A stretch of DNA of 64,000 nt from NCBI GenBank assembly GCA_937928165.1, contig CALFVT010000020.1, positions 1 to 64,000 of the forward strand, written 5' to 3'. The stretch is from an uncultured Caulobacterales bacterium. GTDB lineage: Bacteria > Pseudomonadota > Alphaproteobacteria > Caulobacterales > Maricaulaceae. Below are positions 1 to 10,522 of this stretch, piece by piece. The notes below the pieces were generated by a model. The model was not told where the DNA came from. It worked only from the letters and a program-made list of their open reading frames with translations, and ran no database searches. Numbering within the stretch: position 1 is the first letter of the stretch; each line of letters starts with the position of its first letter. The translations under genes and the position numbers were made by a program.

Positions 1-1
1 T

Positions 2-754
2 CAGGATAATATTTCATTTGAAGACGCTTATAGCACGCCTTTAAATATTCGCGGTGGTTTTGAATATATTATTGGCCCGAAAACAAGCGTGTTTGCGAAT
101 GCGGGTTATGTTTACGCCGAAGGTGAACGAGCGTCGGCGACCGTTCAGGCGGAATTACAACGTATTGATCGGGTTGAAACCTTTGCTCCGGAAACCATTA
201 TTAACCCCACAACGGGCGTAGTTATGCAGACGGGTAATTTTTTATCTACCGGACAATCAACAAATTTTGGCTTCATCCCGAATGTTGATGTGGCTAGATT
301 TGGATTTGAGTTTAGCGACCTAGAGCGTATCGACCTTGAAGTCGGTGCTCGTCATTATCTCGACCCTATACTTAAAGATGCGACCAATGCGTCTATTACG
401 CCGTTTATTGGGGGGTCTGTCGGAGCGGCAAGATATAATAGTCAGTCTATTAGTGTAAACCAAGAGCAGCTTTTCCTTGAACGGGCTTTTGAAAGCGGCG
501 GTGCAACACTGGAATTTTTTGATGCGCTTCCGAACCGCGGCGGCGTGGTCGTTAATGATGTAGAATTATTTGATGCTCAATGGGTCCCAACGGGCACAGT
601 AACGGCGGGCGTTGAATGGCAAGCTACGCCGCGCACGGCGATTGCTTTTGAAACCGGTGTTCGGTTCGAAGGTGGGCGTGATGATGTTAATGATGTGAAG
701 GGGGATGATAATATTGCAATTCCGTTCACAATTCGCGGAAGTTACAATTTCTAG
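2..754 (+). CDS. Outer-membrane beta-barrel family protein, paralog 1 (5'-partial; reading frame is open to the window edge)
   Basis: Frame is open from nt 2. C-terminus ...IPFTIRGSYNF ends in aromatic Phe like a BAM-targeted OMP. Shares motifs (WVPTG, ...GVE.G.R...) with the next two genes. Confidence 0.6.
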   Translation, partial: QDNISFEDAYSTPLNIRGGFEYIIGPKTSVFANAGYVYAEGERASATVQAELQRIDRVETFAPETIINPTTGVVMQTGNFLSTGQSTNFGFIPNVDVARFGFEFSDLERIDLEVGARHYLDPILKDATNASITPFIGGSVGAARYNSQSISVNQEQLFLERAFESGGATLEFFDALPNRGGVVVNDVELFDAQWVPTGTVTAGVEWQATPRTAIAFETGVRFEGGRDDVNDVKGDDNIAIPFTIRGSYNF

Positions 755-855
755 GTGAATAAGAGTTTAACATTTTGTTTCGATGGTAAAAACCATTTCT
801 TAAATAAGTTGTGTTTACATTAGGACAACATAGAAAATCACGGGAGGGAGGCAGC

Positions 856-2163
856 ATGCGTCTCGCACTAATTACAGTATCAGCAATAGCGCTTTCAGGG
901 TGTACTTGGTTCGGCGGCGGCGCTCAATCGGGTTCTAACGGCTTTAACGGACAAGCCAATGCTCATTGTGGCCCGCAAGGCGGTTTCACTAATGGTTATA
1001 ATTTACAGCAAGGCTTTCAGGGTCAAGGTTGTGGCTCTGCGGGTGGTTATAGCGTAAACGGTGGACAATTTGCACAGCAAGGCGCGGCTTATGGCCAAGG
1101 CGGTTATGCGCAAGCCGGCCAAGGCGGTTACACGCAAGCTGGATATGGCGGCGTTCAGCAAGGCGCAGGTTATGGCTATGGCTACACAGCCGGATATGCC
1201 CAAGGTTACGGCGCGCAAACAGGCGTGCCAGGGCTTCGCGGCTCTTACGGCGGACAGCAAGCGACGACACTTGGCGCAGCAGCGCCTTACGGCGCTGCCG
1301 TTGGTGGCCAATTCGCGGGCGCAAATGTGCAAACTGTGCAGGGGGCTCCGATTTATGTTCAGCAGCCTTACCCGGCTTATGGTAATGCAGGATGTGCCCC
1401 GGCGGGCTTTAATGGCGGTGGATGCGGCGTAGTTGGCGTTGCCCAACCTTTCGGCCTTGAAGCCGGTATTGGAACTGACTTCTTTATTGCAGGCGATGTT
1501 TTTGAGGGCCGCGATGAGTTTGATCCGTCAGGATTTGGCCTCGCTACAGATGGTAATGGCGGCGTTATTCCCGGAACAACACGTTTTGTTTCAGCACAGC
1601 CTTCAATAAGCTATAATAGTGCTTTTGATGACGCGGTACAATATGACCTTGCGGCGACATATGATGTTAGCCCAAATACAACTGTCTTAGGCCGTGTGGG
1701 TTATTCCGATGCGAATGGTAATACAGTTAATCTTGGACAAGCTTTTGATACAACCAATGCGACGTTTAATAGTCCGGCTACAGCAACCCCAATTCTTGCG
1801 AGCTTCTCTGATCTTGAACAAGTCACGATTGAGGGCGGCGTTCGTCAATATGTTGGCGGCTTTGGCAATGGTTTCACAGGCTTAAGACCTTATGTCGGTG
1901 CAACAGCCGGTGCCGTATATAATGATGACGTTGATGTCACGCAAACCTCTGCCGCTTTTGCTGCTGCAGAAACGATTGAGTTTATCGATAGCGGCTGGAA
2001 TCCAACAGCATCAGTTGTCGCTGGTGCCGAATGGCAGGTTGCCAATAGCGTCGCAATCGGCGTTGAGTCGGGTATTCGTTGGCAAGATAATCTTGATACA
2101 TTAACACCGTCAGAAGACCGCTGGAGCATTCCGGTGCGTCTACGTGGACGTGTTTCGTTCTAA
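856..2163 (+). CDS. Lipoprotein with long Gly/Tyr/Gln-rich low-complexity linker and C-terminal OMP-like domain, paralog 2
   Basis: ATG at 856 is preceded by GGGAGGGAGG. Signal peptide plus lipobox (LSGC). About 190-aa GGY/GQ-repeat linker. C-terminal domain (LEAGIGTDFFIAGD ... GWNPT ... IPVRLRGRVSF) is homologous to the flanking genes. Confidence 0.7.
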   Translation: MRLALITVSAIALSGCTWFGGGAQSGSNGFNGQANAHCGPQGGFTNGYNLQQGFQGQGCGSAGGYSVNGGQFAQQGAAYGQGGYAQAGQGGYTQAGYGGVQQGAGYGYGYTAGYAQGYGAQTGVPGLRGSYGGQQATTLGAAAPYGAAVGGQFAGANVQTVQGAPIYVQQPYPAYGNAGCAPAGFNGGGCGVVGVAQPFGLEAGIGTDFFIAGDVFEGRDEFDPSGFGLATDGNGGVIPGTTRFVSAQPSISYNSAFDDAVQYDLAATYDVSPNTTVLGRVGYSDANGNTVNLGQAFDTTNATFNSPATATPILASFSDLEQVTIEGGVRQYVGGFGNGFTGLRPYVGATAGAVYNDDVDVTQTSAAFAAAETIEFIDSGWNPTASVVAGAEWQVANSVAIGVESGIRWQDNLDTLTPSEDRWSIPVRLRGRVSF

Positions 2164-2189
2164 GATATACACATATAATTGTAAAAACC

Positions 2190-2215
2190 CGGCCATTGCG
2201 CCGGGTTTTTTTATG
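2190..2215 (+). terminator. Rho-independent terminator after OMP paralog 2
   Basis: aaaaacccggccattgcgccgggttttttt: GC hairpin CCCGGC/GCCGGG followed by a T-run. Confidence 0.7.
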
Positions 2216-2309
2216 GAGAAATTATAACTGGTTCGAATTTTGCAACCCTGTCTCGTGAAAACATTAATCTAAGGCAATTGTGCCGATTTTGAACACAGAG
2301 GTGGGAAAA

Positions 2310-3359
2310 ATGAGAAAATTATTACTAGGCGTTGCAGCGATTGGTCTATCAGGATGTTCTTGGTTAGGTCTGGGGGGGCAGCAGACGGCTCAAGTGCCAA
2401 CATCCGTTCAATATGGGACGTATAGTGGTCAAGGCCAAATTGTGAATTCTCAAGGTCAAATCATCACGCGGCCAAATACAGGAACTTGGCAAGCCCAGCC
2501 TTTGGGCCGGACATATGATCAGGCCTTTAACCAAGGGACACAGGCAACATATGCCAACACGCCTAACCGTGTTAATTCTTGGCGGAATCCTGCACCAGCA
2601 AACTTTGGAGGGAGCGCCGGGCACCAAGGCCTACAACAGACAGCGAATAAAGCGTCAAATGGCTGCTGCGTTGGCGGTAAAACTCTAAGCCGCTGGAATG
2701 TTGAAGCGGGTATCGGCCCTGAATTTTTTATCGGCGGTGATGCAATTTCTGGAAATGATATTAATAACATCCCAGGCGTGACCTCTGATGATGTGTCGTT
2801 TAATGATGTTTACGGAACAGGCATTCGTTATGATTTAGGCGCGTCTTATGCGCTTAACCCTAACCGCAAAGTGACGGCTAACCTGTTTTATGCAACAGCC
2901 GATAGTGATGATGTCACCCTTGGAAATGTTAATGGTGAAGCGGTCACGGGCCGCCTTGATGATTATGAACGTTACGGCGCAGAAGTGGGGCTTCGTCAAT
3001 ATGCGCGTCCAATCGCAGCGCCGTTGGTAAATTCAGTCCGCCCTTATGTCGAAGGCAAAGTGGGTGTGGCCCGCATACGTGATATTGACTTTGTTAATTC
3101 TAACCCAAATGCGACGGCTTTAGCCGGAACAACACCGTTTTATGACGGTGGATGGGTACCAACGGGGGCTGGCCTTGTTGGGATCGAAACGCCTGTGTTT
3201 AACCGGTTTACCGTCGGCGTTGAAAGTGGCATTCGTTATACGGCAACACCGGAATCTGATACATCAGTGCTTGGCGCGGGCGTACCGCTTGCCGGGACGA
3301 ATAATGGCGGCGCAAACTGGTCGATACCGTTACAAATTCGGGGCCGTTACCGGTTCTAG
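2310..3359 (+). CDS. Lipoprotein with Gln/Thr/Asn-rich linker and C-terminal OMP-like domain, paralog 3
   Basis: ATG at 2310 with RBS gaggtggg. Lipobox LSGC. C-terminal VEAGIGPEFFIGGD ... GGWVPTG ... IPLQIRGRYRF. Confidence 0.7.
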   Translation: MRKLLLGVAAIGLSGCSWLGLGGQQTAQVPTSVQYGTYSGQGQIVNSQGQIITRPNTGTWQAQPLGRTYDQAFNQGTQATYANTPNRVNSWRNPAPANFGGSAGHQGLQQTANKASNGCCVGGKTLSRWNVEAGIGPEFFIGGDAISGNDINNIPGVTSDDVSFNDVYGTGIRYDLGASYALNPNRKVTANLFYATADSDDVTLGNVNGEAVTGRLDDYERYGAEVGLRQYARPIAAPLVNSVRPYVEGKVGVARIRDIDFVNSNPNATALAGTTPFYDGGWVPTGAGLVGIETPVFNRFTVGVESGIRYTATPESDTSVLGAGVPLAGTNNGGANWSIPLQIRGRYRF

Positions 3360-3499
3360 TTTTAACAACCCATTTTAAAACTCTGCGGCGGCTCAAAATA
3401 ACGGGCTGCTATTATGGGCAAATGGGGGATAACCTCGGTCTTCACTATGAATAGTGGACCGGGGTCTCTTTTTTCTTTTATTATTTATTTTGGCTTTAC

Positions 3500-5395
3500 C
3501 TAATTTGGCGGTTGCGCCGTTTCACTTAGAGTTTGTGACAGGGCTGTTTTATTAGCATCAATCCAGCGGTTAATATTTTGCTCTAAGATCTTAAGGGGCA
3601 CACCACCGTCGAGTAGAACTGCGTCATGGAAATCCCGAATAGAGAAACGGCTGCCGAGCGCGGCTTCCGCGCGGGCCCGAAGCTCTAATATTTTAAGTTC
3701 ACCAATTTTATAAGATAGGGCTTGCCCCGGCCAACTAATATAACGCTCGACTTCTGTGCGTATATTATGCGGCGCAAGGGCGGAATTTTCAAAGAAACAA
3801 GCTTCTGCTTGCTCCCGCGTCCAGCCCTTCCAGTGAAGCCCTGTATCAACAACTAAGCGGCAGGCACGCCACATTTCATAGGTTAGGCGGCCAAAATTCT
3901 CATAAGGGGTTTTATAAAGTCCCATCTCAATGCCAAGCTTTTCAGCATAAAGTCCCCAGCCTTCCCCGAAAGCGCCAGGATAAAGGGTTTGGCGAAATTT
4001 TGGTACGTTTTTAAGCTCTTGAGACAGGCTGATCTGGTGGTGATGTCCTGGGACGCCCTCATGTAAGGTGAGAGAGGGAAGGTTATAAAGCGGACGCTGG
4101 CTGAGGTCATAAGTGTTGACCACATAATTACCCGCAAGGCCTTGTGATGGGTTCCCATTCCAATAACGCCCGGTTGTGTAATTGGGCGCAATTTCTGCGG
4201 GGACAGGAATGACGCCGTAAGGGAGCCGCGGCAGCGTGCCGAAAAATTTTGGCATTTGCCCATCAATTTGCTTGGCCATCCATGCGGCTTCTTTTAAAAG
4301 TTCTTCCTCGCTCTGCGCGTAAAACTGCGGGTCAGTGCGTAGAAATTCAAGAAATTGCGCGAATGTGCCGTCAAACTTAAGCTGCTCGCGGATAATCGTG
4401 TTCATCTCTGCACGGATACGGGCGACTTCATCAAGGCCAATTTGGTGAACCTCATCAGGGCTTAGATCAAGCGTCGTAAATTGTTTAACAAGGGCCGGAT
4501 AAATATCGCGCCCGCCGGGAACAGAGCTAATGCCCGGCTGGGTGCGGGCAGCGCTGAGGTAGCTGTCTTCAAAGAACGCCAAAAGGTTTTTATAAGCAGG
4601 GAGAACGGCGCTCTCCATAGCCGCTTGGCCCAGATTAGATAAGCGTGTTTGATCCTCAGGAGAAATTGAATCTGGGAAGGTTTTGAACGGCGCATAAAAG
4701 GGATGGGCGTTGATGGGTGTTTCCGATAAGGTTTTAATCACGTCGATTATGCCCGGAACAATCTCCGAAGAGGCCGTGTAGCCTGTTTCAATCCCGCGCT
4801 GCATATTGGCGCGGTGCTGGCTGAAAAACCGGGGAAGTTTCGTGAGCCGGGCCGCATAGGCTTCGTAATCTGCGGGGGATGAAAAGCGCGTTTGGCGCGC
4901 AATATAACTTAGCTCGTTAAAAAAACCGCTGTCATTGGTAAAGGGAATGCGCAACGCATCATATTCGGCCAAGGCTGTGCGCTGCTGGATGACAAATCCT
5001 AGAAGGTCATAATTAAGGCGGGTATCACGCGAGGTGTTGTCCGGTAAAATAAGCGCGGCATGACGGGCCTGAAGTTCACGCATTTTATTATTATACTCAG
5101 CCGTGGCTTCGGGACTGACATCCGGTAACTCGCGCAATGCATCCGCATCCCCTTCATTGCCGGCTTGAAGCGGGTCTGTATTCAAATCCAAGCGCTCCAT
5201 ATCCGTGATGATCTTATTGAGGGTATCAATCTCTTGGCATTCTTGCACCCCATCGACGATGATAATTTGGCCAGAAGGGCAAAACCCGGAGGCATCCGTT
5301 TGTGCCAAAGCGATCTGGGCGTTTTGCACGCTATAGGCACTCAATAGCCATATTGAGGGAAGCAGGGAGCGTAATAAATTGCGGGTCATGAGCAT
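3500..5395 (-). CDS. DUF885-family exported protein (putative metallopeptidase-like, HExxPGHH motif)
   Basis: 631-aa ORF with an N-terminal signal peptide. Contains LHEGVPGHHHQ, the hallmark DUF885 motif. Confidence 0.6.
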   Translation of the reverse strand: MLMTRNLLRSLLPSIWLLSAYSVQNAQIALAQTDASGFCPSGQIIIVDGVQECQEIDTLNKIITDMERLDLNTDPLQAGNEGDADALRELPDVSPEATAEYNNKMRELQARHAALILPDNTSRDTRLNYDLLGFVIQQRTALAEYDALRIPFTNDSGFFNELSYIARQTRFSSPADYEAYAARLTKLPRFFSQHRANMQRGIETGYTASSEIVPGIIDVIKTLSETPINAHPFYAPFKTFPDSISPEDQTRLSNLGQAAMESAVLPAYKNLLAFFEDSYLSAARTQPGISSVPGGRDIYPALVKQFTTLDLSPDEVHQIGLDEVARIRAEMNTIIREQLKFDGTFAQFLEFLRTDPQFYAQSEEELLKEAAWMAKQIDGQMPKFFGTLPRLPYGVIPVPAEIAPNYTTGRYWNGNPSQGLAGNYVVNTYDLSQRPLYNLPSLTLHEGVPGHHHQISLSQELKNVPKFRQTLYPGAFGEGWGLYAEKLGIEMGLYKTPYENFGRLTYEMWRACRLVVDTGLHWKGWTREQAEACFFENSALAPHNIRTEVERYISWPGQALSYKIGELKILELRARAEAALGSRFSIRDFHDAVLLDGGVPLKILEQNINRWIDANKTALSQTLSETAQPPN

Positions 5396-5596
5396 ATCTT
5401 GGTTAAGTGTGAAGAGAACTCCTTAATCCTCTTTTATGAAAGCGGCAAGCCATCACATCGCCATATCATCACTTCTATGCCGTGATCTTATAATTGACCT
5501 ATTTCCACATTGACTCTCGCGCATGGCAAGTTAACTTATGCGCATATTGCAAATATACGCCGGATGATGCGTCATTGGCGGCCTTAAGGAATTATC

Positions 5597-6007
5597 ATGT
5601 CAGCTTCTTGGAAAGACCCGCGGCCTATGTCGCCGCATTTGCAGATTTGGCGGTGGCACCCGGCCATGTTGAGCTCAATTTTACACCGTGCGAGTGCTAT
5701 TATATCTTATGTGGCCCTCTTTCTTGTGGCCATTGGCGTATTGTCGATCGCCTTGACGGGTAGGCTGCCACTTGAAGGGCTGATTTACAGCCCGCTCGGC
5801 GCGGTTGGCCTGTTTGTTTTTCTCTTTGCTTTTATCTTTATGGCTTTTGCGCAGATTCGCCATAATATTTGGGATCGGGGCCATATGTTTACAGCTGAAC
5901 TCAATAATATGCTGTCTTATGGAATGATTTTATTGGCCTTAGTGATTGCAGGTTACCTGACCGGTTCGATGGCCGCTTGGGTGCAAAACGCAGCGGCAGG
6001 GGGCTAG
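5597..6007 (+). CDS. sdhC: Succinate dehydrogenase cytochrome b556 subunit
   Basis: RPMSPHLQIWRWH matches the conserved SdhC N-terminal motif. Three transmembrane segments. Immediately upstream of sdhD and sdhA. Confidence 0.8.
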   Translation: MSASWKDPRPMSPHLQIWRWHPAMLSSILHRASAIISYVALFLVAIGVLSIALTGRLPLEGLIYSPLGAVGLFVFLFAFIFMAFAQIRHNIWDRGHMFTAELNNMLSYGMILLALVIAGYLTGSMAAWVQNAAAGG

Positions 6008-6010
6008 GTC

Positions 6011-6349
6011 ATGGCGCACGGAACGGGAACACCTCACCACAAGCTTCACGGGATTGTCGGCGCAGGCATGATTATTGGACTGCCTTTTGTTATCTACAGC
6101 GCACTTAAAGCAGCGACGGACCAAAGCGAAGGTCTTGCGGCATGGCTATCATCACCGGTTGGGGGGCTTGGTTTTTTAGCCTTTTGCGCGGCAGCGGTTT
6201 GGTATTGTAAGCTTGAGATGGATGCTGTCATCATGGATTACTTTGGCGGTTCGGCGCGCGCTTTTGGCCTATTGGCGAATAAAGTTGCAGGGCTTATTAT
6301 CTTCATCATGGCGGCGTTCGCTGTCGTAAAATTGGCATTTTTAGGATAA
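6011..6349 (+). CDS. sdhD: Succinate dehydrogenase hydrophobic membrane anchor subunit
   Basis: 112-aa polytopic membrane protein lying between sdhC and sdhA. Confidence 0.7.
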   Translation: MAHGTGTPHHKLHGIVGAGMIIGLPFVIYSALKAATDQSEGLAAWLSSPVGGLGFLAFCAAAVWYCKLEMDAVIMDYFGGSARAFGLLANKVAGLIIFIMAAFAVVKLAFLG

Positions 6350-6353
6350 TTAC

Positions 6354-8153
6354 ATGAGCGCGAAAAAACCTGAATGGATTGACCATAGTTATGATGTTGT
6401 TGTGGTCGGAGCCGGCGGCTCGGGCCTTCGGGCTACGCTCGGCGCGGCGCAGGCCGGGCTTAAAACCGCCTGTATCACCAAAGTATTCCCAACGCGCTCC
6501 CACACAGTCGCAGCCCAAGGGGGCATAGCGGCCTCATTGGGTAATATGAGCCCGGATGATTGGCGCTGGCATATGTATGATACGGTCAAAGGGTCTGATT
6601 GGCTTGGGGATCAAGATTCGATTGAATATCTTTGCCGTAATGCGCCGGACGCCGTTTACGAACTTGAGCATTGGGGTATGCCTTTTTCGCGCACGGATGA
6701 AGGTAAGATTTATCAGCGCCCCTTTGGCGGTATGATGCAAAATATGGGGCAGGGCCCCGAAGCCCAGCGCACCTGTGCGGCGGCTGACCGGACAGGTCAT
6801 GCTATGTTGCATACGCTTTACGGGCAATCCTTACGCCATGATGCGGATTTCTTTATTGAATATTTCGCCCTTGATCTGATTATGGATGATGATGGGGCCT
6901 GCCGCGGTATTACGGCGTGGAAACTCGACGACGGAACACTTCACCGCTTCCGTGCCCAAAGCGTTATTCTGGCGACAGGCGGTTATGGCCGCGTGTTCTT
7001 TAGTGCGACCTCTGCTCATACATGTACCGGTGACGGCAATGCCATGGTGCTGCGCGCGGGACTGCCCGTTCAAGATATGGAGTTTATCCAGTTCCATCCG
7101 ACCGGGATTTACGGGGCGGGCTGCCTGATTACGGAAGGCTCGCGCGGTGAAGGTGGTTATCTGACTAATTCCGAAGGGGAGCGGTTCATGGAGCGCTATG
7201 CGCCTTCCGCCAAAGATCTCGCCTCACGGGATGTGGTCTCCCGCGCAATGACCATTGAAATTCGCGAAGGCCGAGGTGTGGGTCCGCAAAAAGACCATAT
7301 TTTCTTACATCTCGATCATCTTGATCCAGAGGTCTTAGCTGAACGCCTGCCCGGCATTTCGGAGACTGCGAAAATCTTTGCCGGTGTTGATGTCACTAAG
7401 GAGCCTATTCCTGTGCTGCCAACCTGTCATTATAATATGGGCGGCATTCAGACCAATTATCACGGGGAAGTCTTGACCAAAAAAGGTGAAAACTCGGACG
7501 CAGTTGTGCCGGGCCTTATGGCGGTCGGCGAAGCGGCCTGTGTCTCCGTTCATGGGGCGAACCGCTTGGGCTCTAATAGCTTGATTGACCTTGTGGTCTT
7601 TGGCCGCGCGGCGGGCCTTCGGGTTGCCGAAACCGTTAAAGCGGGTGCGCCGCAGCCTGATCTACCCGCCAATGCCGGGGATGCAGCTTTTGCTCGTCTT
7701 GAACGTTTCCGTAATGCGCAAGGCCGTGTGAAAACGGCAGAAATTCGCCTTGACCTACAAAAGGCCATGCAAGCTCACTGTGCCGTATTCCGTACGGAAG
7801 ATAGCCTAAGTGAGGGCGTTGAAAAAGTGACAGCCATTGCGGGCCAAATTAAAGATGTGTCTGTCTCTGACCGTACCTTAGTGTGGAACACAGACCTTAT
7901 GGAAACCTTGGAGCTTGATAACCTTATCAGTCAGGCCATGGTGACCATTAATTCTGCGGCCAACCGTAAAGAATCGCGCGGTGCACATGCCCATGAAGAC
8001 TACCCTGACCGAAATGATGGTGAGTGGATGAAACACACCCTTGCGTGGTATGATGGTGATAAAAATACCGTTAAAATTGATTACCGGCCAGTACATGATT
8101 ACACAATGAGTGACGAAATCGACTATATTAAGCCAAAAAAGCGAGTTTATTAA
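6354..8153 (+). CDS. sdhA: Succinate dehydrogenase flavoprotein subunit
   Basis: N-terminal [16 protein letters not shown]-binding fold. Carries the covalent-FAD His region ([10 protein letters not shown]) and a C-terminal fumarate reductase/SDH domain. Confidence 0.95.
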   Translation: MSAKKPEWIDHSYDVVVVGAGGSGLRATLGAAQAGLKTACITKVFPTRSHTVAAQGGIAASLGNMSPDDWRWHMYDTVKGSDWLGDQDSIEYLCRNAPDAVYELEHWGMPFSRTDEGKIYQRPFGGMMQNMGQGPEAQRTCAAADRTGHAMLHTLYGQSLRHDADFFIEYFALDLIMDDDGACRGITAWKLDDGTLHRFRAQSVILATGGYGRVFFSATSAHTCTGDGNAMVLRAGLPVQDMEFIQFHPTGIYGAGCLITEGSRGEGGYLTNSEGERFMERYAPSAKDLASRDVVSRAMTIEIREGRGVGPQKDHIFLHLDHLDPEVLAERLPGISETAKIFAGVDVTKEPIPVLPTCHYNMGGIQTNYHGEVLTKKGENSDAVVPGLMAVGEAACVSVHGANRLGSNSLIDLVVFGRAAGLRVAETVKAGAPQPDLPANAGDAAFARLERFRNAQGRVKTAEIRLDLQKAMQAHCAVFRTEDSLSEGVEKVTAIAGQIKDVSVSDRTLVWNTDLMETLELDNLISQAMVTINSAANRKESRGAHAHEDYPDRNDGEWMKHTLAWYDGDKNTVKIDYRPVHDYTMSDEIDYIKPKKRVY

Positions 8154-8254
8154 AATTAAATGCAAATAGATGCAGATTAGCATTGAAATTATAGCGCTGT
8201 CTGTTTTATAAAAAACTACGGTAGATTTGTGCCCCACATCTCTTATCTACCATA

Positions 8255-8290
8255 TTAGCCCTGCAGCTTCGGTTGCGGGGCTAAGTTTTT
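8255..8290 (+). terminator. Rho-independent terminator downstream of sdhA
   Basis: ttagccctgcagcttcggttgcggggctaa forms a GC stem with a UUCG tetraloop and is followed by gttttt. Confidence 0.6.
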
Positions 8291-8851
8291 AGACGCTCTA
8301 TTTTATCATTTTTTAACCAACTCTTGCGCCTATATCCTATCCATGCGTTAACCTTTTATTCATTCTGTGTTCATCATCCCGCTCCTAGCTGTAATTAGGG
8401 GCTTGAATGTGATTGAAATTATAATGGTTGAATATTTAAATGCGTTTATGGAATATTAATTTAACACATAAACAGCCTTATCTTAGGATGAGAACCCCGA
8501 CACGGCTTTTTGTCGAAGGCGCTGTTAAAGCCCTAGAAGATGCGCCAACAACACATAAAACGGTTATTTTAAATGATATTGCCACGGAAATTAACTGTGA
8601 TCCGGAATCTTTGTGGTTTCTAATCCATGATGGATCTGCCGATATAGAAAATGATATTGCCGTTCCGGATTTTCGAACTCGCCTCATGGCATAAATAGAC
8701 AGTTAGGCCGCCGGTTAGCGAGTAGTTATACGGCTTAAACCGATGACGATAAATGTAAAATACCCTCAAACGCGGCAATATGGCGATTAAAAAGGGTTTT
8801 GATTCTGAGTCTTTTAGCCTATAAAAACCTAAGTTAAATTCAAGGTGACTC

Positions 8852-9631
8852 ATGGTACAGCTAGCTCTGCCCAAAAACTCTAAGGTCAATAAAGGGAAGG
8901 CTTGGCCCGTCAAAGACGGCGGCACGCGGATGAAGACCTTTAAAATTTATCGTTATGATCCGGAAAAAGGCGGTAATCCTTATTGGGACAGCTATCAGAT
9001 TGATCTGGATAATTGCGGCCCGATGATATTGGACGCTTTGTTTAAGATTAAAAATGAGATTGATCCAACGCTCGCTTTTCGCCGCTCTTGCCGAGAAGGG
9101 GTTTGCGGCTCTTGCGCGATGAATATTGGCGGACGTAATACACTTGCCTGCACCAAAGCGATTGAGGATGTGGCCGGTAAAGATATTACGATCTCGCCTT
9201 TGCCGCATATGCCAGTTGTTCGCGACCTTGTTCCTGATTTATCGCAATTTTACGCTCAATATGCCTCGATAGAGCCGTGGCTCCACACGACAGAGGCGGA
9301 GCCGCAAACGGAATATACACAAAGCCCCGAAGACCGTGAAAAGCTCGACGGTTATTATGAGTGTATTTTATGCGCGTCCTGCTCGACATCTTGCCCGTCT
9401 TATTGGTGGAATGGCGACCGTTATCTTGGGCCTGCGGCTTTACTTCAAGCTTACCGCTGGCTTGTTGATAGCCGCGATCAGGCCAAGGATGAGCGGCTTA
9501 ATGCCCTTGAAGATCCGTTTAAGCTTTACCGCTGTCATACGATTATGAATTGTACCAATGTCTGCCCCAAAGGATTGAATCCGGCCAAGGCGATTGCGGA
9601 TGTTAAAAAGATGATGGTTGACCGCGCTTAG
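8852..9631 (+). CDS. sdhB: Succinate dehydrogenase iron-sulfur subunit
   Basis: [11 protein letters not shown] (2Fe-2S cluster), plus CxxCxxC...CP cysteine clusters for the 4Fe-4S and 3Fe-4S centres. Confidence 0.95.
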   Translation: MVQLALPKNSKVNKGKAWPVKDGGTRMKTFKIYRYDPEKGGNPYWDSYQIDLDNCGPMILDALFKIKNEIDPTLAFRRSCREGVCGSCAMNIGGRNTLACTKAIEDVAGKDITISPLPHMPVVRDLVPDLSQFYAQYASIEPWLHTTEAEPQTEYTQSPEDREKLDGYYECILCASCSTSCPSYWWNGDRYLGPAALLQAYRWLVDSRDQAKDERLNALEDPFKLYRCHTIMNCTNVCPKGLNPAKAIADVKKMMVDRA

Positions 9632-9651
9632 GGCCTAAGTCTTTAATATTA

Positions 9652-9668
9652 GGGGCTGTCCTAGATAA
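9652..9668. repeat. Left terminal inverted repeat of the IS
   Basis: ggggctgtcctagataa. Confidence 0.8.
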
Positions 9669-9693
9669 TGCAGTTTATGTGTTATGAGGGACT

Positions 9694-10350
9694 ATGAGGA
9701 AGAGCCGATTAAGTTGGTCAAAGCAGCTGCGACTGATTGAGCATTTTGTATCTGGCAGCACGGCCCGCTGCGCTTCGCGTCTTGTCGGGGTCAATAAGAG
9801 CACGGGTGCCTATTACTTTCATCGTTTGCGAGAGATCATCGCTTTGGAACTGGAAGCTGAGGCAGACGATGTCTTTGGCGGAGAGATTGAGGTTGATGAG
9901 AGTTACTTTGGCGGGCGTCGCAAAGGCAAGCGCGGTCGGGGCTCGGCGGGTAAAATCCCAGTATTTGGGCTCTTAAAGCGCGGTGGACGTGTCTACACGA
10001 AGATTATTCCGAATGCAGCGTCAGCTACGTTGATGCCAATTATCGAGCGCAAAGTGGTTCCAGATAGTATTGTCTATTCGGATTGCTGGCGGGGATATAA
10101 TGTGCTCGATGTGTCTGAGTTTAAGCACTTTCGGATCAATCACTCAAAACGCTTTGCCGACAAGCATAATCATATCAATGGGATTGAGAATTTCTGGAGC
10201 CAAGCGAAGCGGCACATGCGAAAATTTAATGGTGTTCCGAAGGCCCATTTTGGCCTATATTTGAAGGAATGTGAGTGGCGTTTTAACAACCCAGACCCGC
10301 TCAGCCAATTACAACAGTTAAAACAATGGGTTAAAAAGAATATGAGCTAG
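9694..10350 (+). CDS. IS1595-family (ISXO2-like) DDE transposase
   Basis: 218-aa ORF with an N-terminal HTH region (LIEHFVSGSTARCASRLVGVNKSTGAYYFHRLR) and a DDE_Tnp_IS1595-like core (SIVYSDCWRGYN...HFRINHS...NGIENFWSQAKRH). Confidence 0.8.
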   Translation: MRKSRLSWSKQLRLIEHFVSGSTARCASRLVGVNKSTGAYYFHRLREIIALELEAEADDVFGGEIEVDESYFGGRRKGKRGRGSAGKIPVFGLLKRGGRVYTKIIPNAASATLMPIIERKVVPDSIVYSDCWRGYNVLDVSEFKHFRINHSKRFADKHNHINGIENFWSQAKRHMRKFNGVPKAHFGLYLKECEWRFNNPDPLSQLQQLKQWVKKNMS

Positions 10351-10367
10351 TTATCTAGGACAGCCCC
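10351..10367. repeat. Right terminal inverted repeat of the IS
   Basis: ttatctaggacagcccc. Confidence 0.8.
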
Positions 10368-10522
10368 AAAATTAAATATGATTTTCGGAAAGAAAACTCA
10401 GCCACTTGATTCTGCTAACTATGGTGTAAGCCTCATCAAATTAATAAAAATTTGTCTAAACTGCCGGAATAACGTTGTTTTTAATACTATTCCTTCATAA
10501 GTTTTCTCTATAGAATATATTT

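Larger units (their letters stand above)
9652..10367. mobile_element. IS1595-family insertion sequence (~716 bp) with perfect 17-bp terminal inverted repeats
   Basis: GGGGCTGTCCTAGATAA at 9652-9668 and its exact reverse complement at 10351-10367 bracket a single transposase ORF. Imperfect matching continues a few more bp outward. Confidence 0.8.

Noticed and set aside
989-1446. Overlapping ORFs on both strands (989-1324 minus, 1003-1446 minus, 1061-1432 plus) inside the lipoprotein gene.
   Set aside because: They lie within the GGY/GQ codon-repeat region, where all frames stay open by chance. Translations are Arg/Ala-rich nonsense.
8440-8694. 84-aa ORF in the sdhA-sdhB spacer.
   Set aside because: No recognisable domain or RBS, in an AT-rich region. 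Kept only as a remark under the spacer finding.
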